Source: an uncultured bacterium
Lineage (GTDB): Bacteria > Hydrothermota > UBA3073 > NMUJ01
Assembly (NCBI GenBank): GCA_965612795.1
Contig: CBFDTI010000038.1
Span: 1-11,552 of the forward strand
Reading direction: 5' to 3'
Length of the DNA stretch: 11,552 nt
A program made the translations under genes and the position numbers. How positions within the stretch are numbered: the stretch's first letter is position 1; each line of letters starts with the position of its first letter. Shown here one piece after another: positions 6,079 through 11,552 of this stretch. The notes under the pieces were generated by a model that was not told the DNA's origin, did not search any database, and saw only the letters and a list, made by a program, of their open reading frames with translations.

Positions 6079-7781
6079 TGTGGCTTAGTGCGAGTTTGAA
6101 GTTGCTCCCACTTATCGATTGTTAGCTGATCACGTAACACGTGCATGTAATAACCCATCCAAGTGGGTTCATCCCGTGGCCGTCGATATGTGGGATCCTT
6201 CGGCGGATGTATATGTTCGAACTCCATCAATCCACCATCAGCCGAGCTAATAGGTACACCCGATCGGCGGGCGACAATTTCAAGATCATGTATCCATTCA
6301 TGTAACATAACCTCGGTGTTGGGGCCAAACGTACGTTCAGAGAACCCATGTGGCTTATACGCCCAGAAGTTCGGTATGTACAGGCCGACAAAGTCGATAC
6401 TATCGATATGCCATTCGTAGCCACCGAATGCAGCACCCGCACGTGGTACGTTCGCCATTATCATTACGCCATCAAATGAGGTAAGTGGTTCACTTATTTC
6501 GCGTTTGAAATGTTCCACCCACACATCATGTACGGTGGAGGGGTTGAGTGCCAACCCGTACTTGCCAGCCGATTGTAGGTTTGCTTCGGTGATCACATAA
6601 TCGGTTATGATTAATGGTACATTCTCGATCATCAATGCGCCCGCAGACAAGTAACTCGCGAAAGCAGCAAACCTACGTGCAGCTTCAATGATTTGATCGA
6701 TCTGTTCCCGGGTGTACTCCTGTTGCCATAATGTATCATCAAGCTGTACCCTGCTGGACTTGAATATCACCAGTACATTACGCCATCTCGCTACAGGTTT
6801 ATCAGCGTAGGGGATGACCTCGATACGCGCCTTTTTATCAACATCGCTTGTAAAGTCACAAAAATGTAAGTAAGTGGTACCCAACCGCTTACCGGTGAGC
6901 TTGAATCGAACCGGTTCCATACAGCGTTTCCATGCCTCAACTGGTGACCATCCATCTACATGCAGAGGATAAGGTAATTCAGGTGTGGTTACACTATCCG
7001 TAAGTGATGCGATACTGGTATCCTCGATGTAGATCATGAACGAATCCGTCAATCGCACAAAAAATTCACGTGTCTCACCCATCACTAAGTATATAACCGG
7101 TGGCAATATAGCTGTATCCTCAACCGCAGGGCTTACCTTTATTTTTATCTCATACGTGGTGTCGTTTACATCCCACATAGCTATGGTAGTGCCGGGACGT
7201 GCACCTAAGATTTTGAACCCCAACGGTTTTGCAAGCTTAGGATCCGCTATTGTGAGCTTACCCATGAGGTTGAACACCGGTAACCCATGGATATCCACCA
7301 ACTTAAAAGGTAAGGGTTTCTCCTCCCAATGCATTACCTGCACAATAGTGTCGTAGAACCCAAACCCATATGCTAACGATGTATCGATGATATAGGGTAG
7401 GTCGACTGAATCCACATATAGGTGACCGGTTCGCTTACCTCTAAACGAGAATGCCATCCTCAATATTAACCTATCCGCACCCATTTCCATAGCCTTGTCA
7501 CGCCATCGATAGAATATCCATGGGGTATCGGTCCATTCATATTCACCGTGTGGCGGTATCTCACCCGGTGTATCGTACGGGCCTATTGATTTCTCGATAA
7601 TACTATCCTCCGGGGTGATAACTTTAGCCCACCGTTCGAGTACCTCAACCGATTCAGCTGTCACATTCTGGAAATGAAACGTTATCCGATAGATGAACAC
7701 ATCTTCACGTATATCGTCGAGCCGCTGATTACCGAAGTCGGGTATCACATTTATAGTGGTCAAAATACATAGCAACCACAT
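6075..7781 (-). CDS. uncharacterised, probably exported multi-domain protein with C-terminal zincin-like (HExxH) metallopeptidase domain
   Basis: 568-aa ORF tightly packed between thpR and yggS. Short hydrophobic N-terminus (MWLLCILTTI), two Ig-like repeats (..ADPKLA..FKILGARPGTT; ..EDTSIA..FKLTGKRLGTT), and EVMLHEWIHDLE with HEWIH at 6302-6288. The CDS is secure, the function is inferred. Confidence 0.65.
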   Translation of the reverse strand: MWLLCILTTINVIPDFGNQRLDDIREDVFIYRITFHFQNVTAESVEVLERWAKVITPEDSIIEKSIGPYDTPGEIPPHGEYEWTDTPWIFYRWRDKAMEMGADRLILRMAFSFRGKRTGHLYVDSVDLPYIIDTSLAYGFGFYDTIVQVMHWEEKPLPFKLVDIHGLPVFNLMGKLTIADPKLAKPLGFKILGARPGTTIAMWDVNDTTYEIKIKVSPAVEDTAILPPVIYLVMGETREFFVRLTDSFMIYIEDTSIASLTDSVTTPELPYPLHVDGWSPVEAWKRCMEPVRFKLTGKRLGTTYLHFCDFTSDVDKKARIEVIPYADKPVARWRNVLVIFKSSRVQLDDTLWQQEYTREQIDQIIEAARRFAAFASYLSAGALMIENVPLIITDYVITEANLQSAGKYGLALNPSTVHDVWVEHFKREISEPLTSFDGVMIMANVPRAGAAFGGYEWHIDSIDFVGLYIPNFWAYKPHGFSERTFGPNTEVMLHEWIHDLEIVARRSGVPISSADGGLMEFEHIHPPKDPTYRRPRDEPTWMGYYMHVLRDQLTIDKWEQLQTRTKPQ

Positions 7782-7786
7782 TAACC

Positions 7787-8320
7787 TTATTTTAGCTTGT
7801 ATTCAGCGATATCTGTATAGATCGGGCCATCCGGTGTAAGCTTACTCTCTATGAGATATATGGTGTTGACGACAAACCCTAACTCTGGTAATGTAGGCCC
7901 AGATATGGGAGTGGGAATTTTTGCCCTTCCCAGCGTTATGTGTGGTATAAGCTCTTTGGTTTCAGGTTTACCGATATGTAACCTACGTAATTCGCCATCG
8001 ATACGCTGCATGAGCGATTTAACGCGCTCGTAGCCATCCGCGATACCTATCCAGATGATACGCGCTCTATACTTACTGGGGAAACCATTCAACTCACCCA
8101 ATACTATACGGAATTTGGTTTCATCCGCTGTTATCTTTTTGAGCATGTCTTTGATGGATTCCAGCTGCTCGGTGTTTATTTCACCAATAAAACGCAACGT
8201 CAGGTGTATATTCTGTGGTGCTACCCAACGTACGGTGGACCCCACCTGTATCTGTTTTTGGTAACCCGCAAGCCGTTCGCGAATAGGGTCGGGCAATTTC
8301 AACGCAATAAATGTGCGCAT
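7787..8320 (-). CDS. thpR: RNA 2',3'-cyclic phosphodiesterase (2H phosphoesterase, LigT-like)
   Basis: MRTFIAL start, two HxT motifs (NIHLTLRFIG, PHITLGR) and C-terminal ESKLTPDGPIY. TGATG coupling to pncC (GTG8323 is an alternative start). Confidence 0.95.
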   Translation of the reverse strand: MRTFIALKLPDPIRERLAGYQKQIQVGSTVRWVAPQNIHLTLRFIGEINTEQLESIKDMLKKITADETKFRIVLGELNGFPSKYRARIIWIGIADGYERVKSLMQRIDGELRRLHIGKPETKELIPHITLGRAKIPTPISGPTLPELGFVVNTIYLIESKLTPDGPIYTDIAEYKLK

Positions 8321-8808
8321 CACTTAGTGGATAGATATTCAATAACCTTTTGGATAGCGACGATACTGGCATGTTCCTTGATCAACCAACGTCCACCATC
8401 AAACCTAACCTCGTATGCGGTGTCGAAGTCTGGTGTGGATAGCCCAATGTAAACTAACCCCACAGGCTTGGTGGGTGTACCACCCGTCGGTCCCGCTATA
8501 CCGGTTGTGGATACACCGATATCGGTAACAAATTTTCTCCTTACACCACGTGCCATCTCCACTGCAACAGCGTAACTTACTGCACCATGTTCACGTAGGG
8601 TGGATTCATCAACCCCAAGCAACCGTATTTTGGCTTCGTTACTGTATGCAACTACACCACCCATAAAGTAGTCGGAGCTACCCGGTATGTTAGTAAGCTT
8701 GTCCATGATCCTACCACCCGTACAGGATTCGGCCACACTTATCGTGTAGCGGTGCGAGGTTAGTAATTTGCCGATCACGGTTTCAGGTATGTCAGAGTAT
8801 GTCTTCAT
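8320..8808 (-). CDS. pncC: nicotinamide-mononucleotide amidohydrolase (stand-alone CinA C-terminal domain)
   Basis: SVAESCTGG, PGSSDYFMGGVVAYSNEAK, HGAVS, STTGIAGPTGGTPTKPVGLVYIG. 162 aa with no MoCF domain. Confidence 0.93.
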   Translation of the reverse strand: MKTYSDIPETVIGKLLTSHRYTISVAESCTGGRIMDKLTNIPGSSDYFMGGVVAYSNEAKIRLLGVDESTLREHGAVSYAVAVEMARGVRRKFVTDIGVSTTGIAGPTGGTPTKPVGLVYIGLSTPDFDTAYEVRFDGGRWLIKEHASIVAIQKVIEYLSTK

Positions 8809-9943
8809 ACTCGTTTAGACCTTCCTCGGGTGTCTCATCTGTTAGCTCTTCCGGTGACCCTTCTTCACCTTCAGAGGGCTCCTCTTCCGGTGGTGTAAGT
8901 TCGGACGCTTTGCTTATCGCCAATACTCTATGTATCGCAAGTATATCCGCAAGCAACGCAAACCCTGTCTCCCTACGACCGGCACCAGGCCCGATGATCG
9001 TGATATCACCCAGATCGTCTGTCGATATCGTGAGCGCATTGGTGACCCCCATTATCTGGGCGAGCGGATCGTCAAGCGGTAGCTTTTCGGGTTTGACACG
9101 TGCTCTAATTCTACCGCGCTTCTTTTCAATACGTGCGATGAGCTTCCAGCGTTTGCCTTCGGATTTGGCCTCCATTATATCATCAAGTGTTAGATGGGTG
9201 ATACCTTCACGTTCGATATCCCTGAGATAGATATCGCCATCCATGACAAGGTTTGCCAATATTATAGCTTTGGCGGCAGCATCCCAACCCTCTACATCCG
9301 CGGTGGGATTGGCCTCGGCGTAACCCAGGCGTTGCGCTTCTTTGAGTGCTTCGTCGTAGGATTTACCCTGTTCCATCAACGTGAGTATGAAGTTGGTGGT
9401 ACCGTTGACGATACCTCTAATGCACGAAATCTGTATCCCTTGTAATGCTTCGAGCGTAAGTGATAACGATGGTGTACCACTGAGGACTGTACCTTCGTAT
9501 CGCAATATCACACCACGCTCCTTGGCGCTTGCGATGAGATCCTTACCAGCGACAACGAATGGACCCTTGTTGGTGGTTGCTATGTGTTTACCGGCTGCTA
9601 TAGCAGCTCGTATGTGGGTGAGCCCCGGTTCACCAGTGTTGAGATTGGTAGGTGTAGCTTCTACGATTATGTTGGCAGTGCTAGCTTCTATGGTTTGTAA
9701 GGAGTTCCAGCCGGGTTCACCTTCGGGATATTCGCTGATACGGTTGAATTTCGCCAACTCCAGAAGTTTGTGGATATCGAGCCCGTCTGGGTTGCAGATC
9801 GACCCTTTAATGGGATCGGATACTGCAACTACTTTGAAGTCGAAATCGTACTTCTCCTTTAGGTAGTCGCGTTTTTTATGTAGGATCTCGGCTAACCCCT
9901 GACCCACAGTACCGAACCCTATAAATGCTATTCTATGTTCCAT
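8792..9943 (-). CDS. hom: homoserine dehydrogenase (short, ACT-less type) with acidic C-terminal extension
   Basis: GFGTVG Rossmann motif, HIATTNKGP, YEGTVLSGTP, GIVNGTTNFIL, GYAEANPTADVEGWDAAAK, GPGAGRRETG. SD AGGAGGT at 9953-9947. Confidence 0.95.
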   Translation of the reverse strand: MEHRIAFIGFGTVGQGLAEILHKKRDYLKEKYDFDFKVVAVSDPIKGSICNPDGLDIHKLLELAKFNRISEYPEGEPGWNSLQTIEASTANIIVEATPTNLNTGEPGLTHIRAAIAAGKHIATTNKGPFVVAGKDLIASAKERGVILRYEGTVLSGTPSLSLTLEALQGIQISCIRGIVNGTTNFILTLMEQGKSYDEALKEAQRLGYAEANPTADVEGWDAAAKAIILANLVMDGDIYLRDIEREGITHLTLDDIMEAKSEGKRWKLIARIEKKRGRIRARVKPEKLPLDDPLAQIMGVTNALTISTDDLGDITIIGPGAGRRETGFALLADILAIHRVLAISKASELTPPEEEPSEGEEGSPEELTDETPEEGLNEYEDIL

Positions 9944-9951
9944 GATACCTC

Positions 9952-10665
9952 CTATTTTGGTGATAATATAAGGTCAACGCTATCACCGCGGAAGACTTCA
10001 GCCCCTGGTGGTGGGTATTGATCCACCACATACCCGGGGTTGAGTGAATCCTCCAATACCACGTTACGTAGGATTAAACCCAACGCAAATAGTTTCTCAC
10101 GTGCACGCCTTAATGATAGCCCATGGAGGTCGGGCATCGTCAATACTTTTGTGCCAGAACTTACGATGACAGTAATTTCGTCGTCAAGCTCAACAACACT
10201 CATGGGGGCAGGTTCCGTACATATGACACGACCAGCCTCTACCGTGTCGGAAGGTTCAAACCGTACACGCCAACGTAAACCTAACCTACGTAGACTATCC
10301 TCTACCTCCATCAGCCATAAGTTGGCGAAATTTGGTAAAATTACGTGTTTCTTACCTTTGCTGATGATGAGGGCAACCTCACGACCCCATTTGACCCGCG
10401 TACGTGGTAGGGGGGATTGGTTTATCACCACACCGGGTGGGAATATCTCATTGTATTCTTTGCGATCAACGTAACCTTTGAGGTGGAACTTTCTGAGCAG
10501 AAGCATAGCCTCTGAGATTTCACGACCACGTACATCAGGTACCTGGGTGATACGACCTTTACCTACCCATATGGGTAACACTATGAAGTATCCTATAAGG
10601 AACCCAACTATTAAAGTTGCGACAGCGGTGAGGCATGCTATAAACACGTTTTTTATTAATTTCAT
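9952..10665 (-). CDS. PASTA domain-containing membrane protein (N-terminal TM helix + three PASTA repeats)
   Basis: Hydrophobic helix at aa ~7-33. Repeats begin VPDVRG, LPNFAN and MPDLHG and contain GVVINQSP, GRVICTEP and GYVVDQYP. No kinase or PBP domain. Confidence 0.9.
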   Translation of the reverse strand: MKLIKNVFIACLTAVATLIVGFLIGYFIVLPIWVGKGRITQVPDVRGREISEAMLLLRKFHLKGYVDRKEYNEIFPPGVVINQSPLPRTRVKWGREVALIISKGKKHVILPNFANLWLMEVEDSLRRLGLRWRVRFEPSDTVEAGRVICTEPAPMSVVELDDEITVIVSSGTKVLTMPDLHGLSLRRAREKLFALGLILRNVVLEDSLNPGYVVDQYPPPGAEVFRGDSVDLILSPK

Positions 10666-10672
10666 CCCTTAG

Positions 10673-10700
10673 AAAATATTCAAGCTCATTAGGTCGACAA
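10673..10700 (-). promoter_or_regulatory. putative internal promoter, leaderless for the PASTA gene
   Basis: TTGTCG (10700-10695), 16-nt spacer, TATTTT (10678-10673), 7 nt, then ATG10665. No properly spaced SD. Confidence 0.4.
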
Positions 10701-11552
10701 GCGCTTAAGTAACGAACGTACAAACTGCAGTTCATCCTGTTTGGTGTGCAGTTTACCGTCGAGTTTGGCAGCTAATGTCCTACGTAAGATAGTACCGAGT
10801 AGGGGGGAAGGTTTGACCCCCATCTTCTGTAGCGTATAGCCGTTGATCGTGAGCTTCACGGACCTATACTTATCAAGGTAATCCGCTATACGACGTAGTT
10901 GGGTGGCTCCAAGCAGATAAAAAAGCGATTCGATCTCAAACCCCCGTAACATGAAATATATATGGCTGGGTTTACGTAGACGTACGAATTTGGGACGTAG
11001 GGATTTGAGGAAATCGTCGACCTCGTTCAATATCTTAGCCTCACGGCGGGTAGGTTCGGGAAAGTAGACTGGTGGTTTATCAAACGGTATGAGTGTGAGA
11101 TAATAGAGTAACCATTCTTCACCTTCTTTGTAACGCTGGTAGATGGATACGCAACGGTTGAGCAATGTAGGGCGTAGTTTGAGGTTGAGCGATTTCAACA
11201 CATTTAATTTGTTTAAAATCCTAAGTGCATCCAGCCGTGTGGGTTCACTTAATAAGAGTTGGAACTCATGTTTAATTCTAGCGGGGCTTATTTTGTGCAG
11301 TATGCCAGTGGTGACAGTTTCGTGTGCCCAACGTGCGGTTAGCGGTTCAAGCTGGAATCCCAACCTTGCCACGAAACGAGCTGCCCGAAATATACGGGTG
11401 GGATCATCCATGAAGCTTTTAGGATGTAATACGCGTATTAGACCTAATTTAAGATCTTGTTGCCCACCGAATAGATCGATGAGCTTGAATTCACCGGTGG
11501 GGGTGAGCTCCATAGCCATGGCGTTGATGGTGAAGTCACGACGTGCAAGATC
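10689..11552 (-). CDS. cca: class II tRNA nucleotidyltransferase (CCA- or A-adding enzyme), 5'-truncated by window edge
   Basis: The frame is open to the window end and reads DLARRDFTINAMAM (RRD motif). It continues with LIDLFGGQQDL, IRVLHPKSFMDDPTRIFRAARF, ISPARIKHE and INGYTLQKMGVKPSP. ATG11519 in the ORF track is internal. Confidence 0.92.
   Translation of the reverse strand, partial: DLARRDFTINAMAMELTPTGEFKLIDLFGGQQDLKLGLIRVLHPKSFMDDPTRIFRAARFVARLGFQLEPLTARWAHETVTTGILHKISPARIKHEFQLLLSEPTRLDALRILNKLNVLKSLNLKLRPTLLNRCVSIYQRYKEGEEWLLYYLTLIPFDKPPVYFPEPTRREAKILNEVDDFLKSLRPKFVRLRKPSHIYFMLRGFEIESLFYLLGATQLRRIADYLDKYRSVKLTINGYTLQKMGVKPSPLLGTILRRTLAAKLDGKLHTKQDELQFVRSLLKRLST

Noticed and set aside
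8799..10672. Plus-strand ORFs 8799-9230, 9194-9445, 9381-9866, 10040-10474, 10478-10672
   Set aside because: Antisense to hom and the PASTA gene. The Ser-rich text is just the reverse complement of Glu codons.
10689..11552. Assigning the nucleotidyltransferase as A-adding, CC-adding or poly(A) polymerase
   Set aside because: The diagnostic N-terminal loop and any CBS/DHH domains lie outside the window.
1..11552. CRISPR array, tRNA/rRNA, IS element or integrase
   Set aside because: No regularly spaced repeats, cloverleaf, terminal inverted repeats or recombinase ORF were seen, and intergenic spaces are short.

Overview
Bacterial chromosomal segment, probably from an anaerobe. Positions 1-~1270 are visibly AT-richer and look like the end of an integron-type cassette array: a 5'-truncated ORF, an attC-like site (257-330) and an SCP2-cupin fusion gene. 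No integrase is in the window. The rest is host-like. A class I/II PLP aminotransferase (-) is divergent from an isocitrate dehydrogenase-family + Re-citrate synthase pair (+). A tightly packed minus-strand run follows: cca (partial), PASTA-only membrane protein, hom (with acidic tail), pncC/cinA-C, thpR, an uncharacterised multi-domain HExxH protein, and yggS. Three minus-strand genes have a TANNNT hexamer exactly 7 nt before the ATG, suggesting leaderless mRNAs. No rRNA, tRNA, CRISPR array or transposase was seen. All calls come from reading motifs by eye; no database searches were run.
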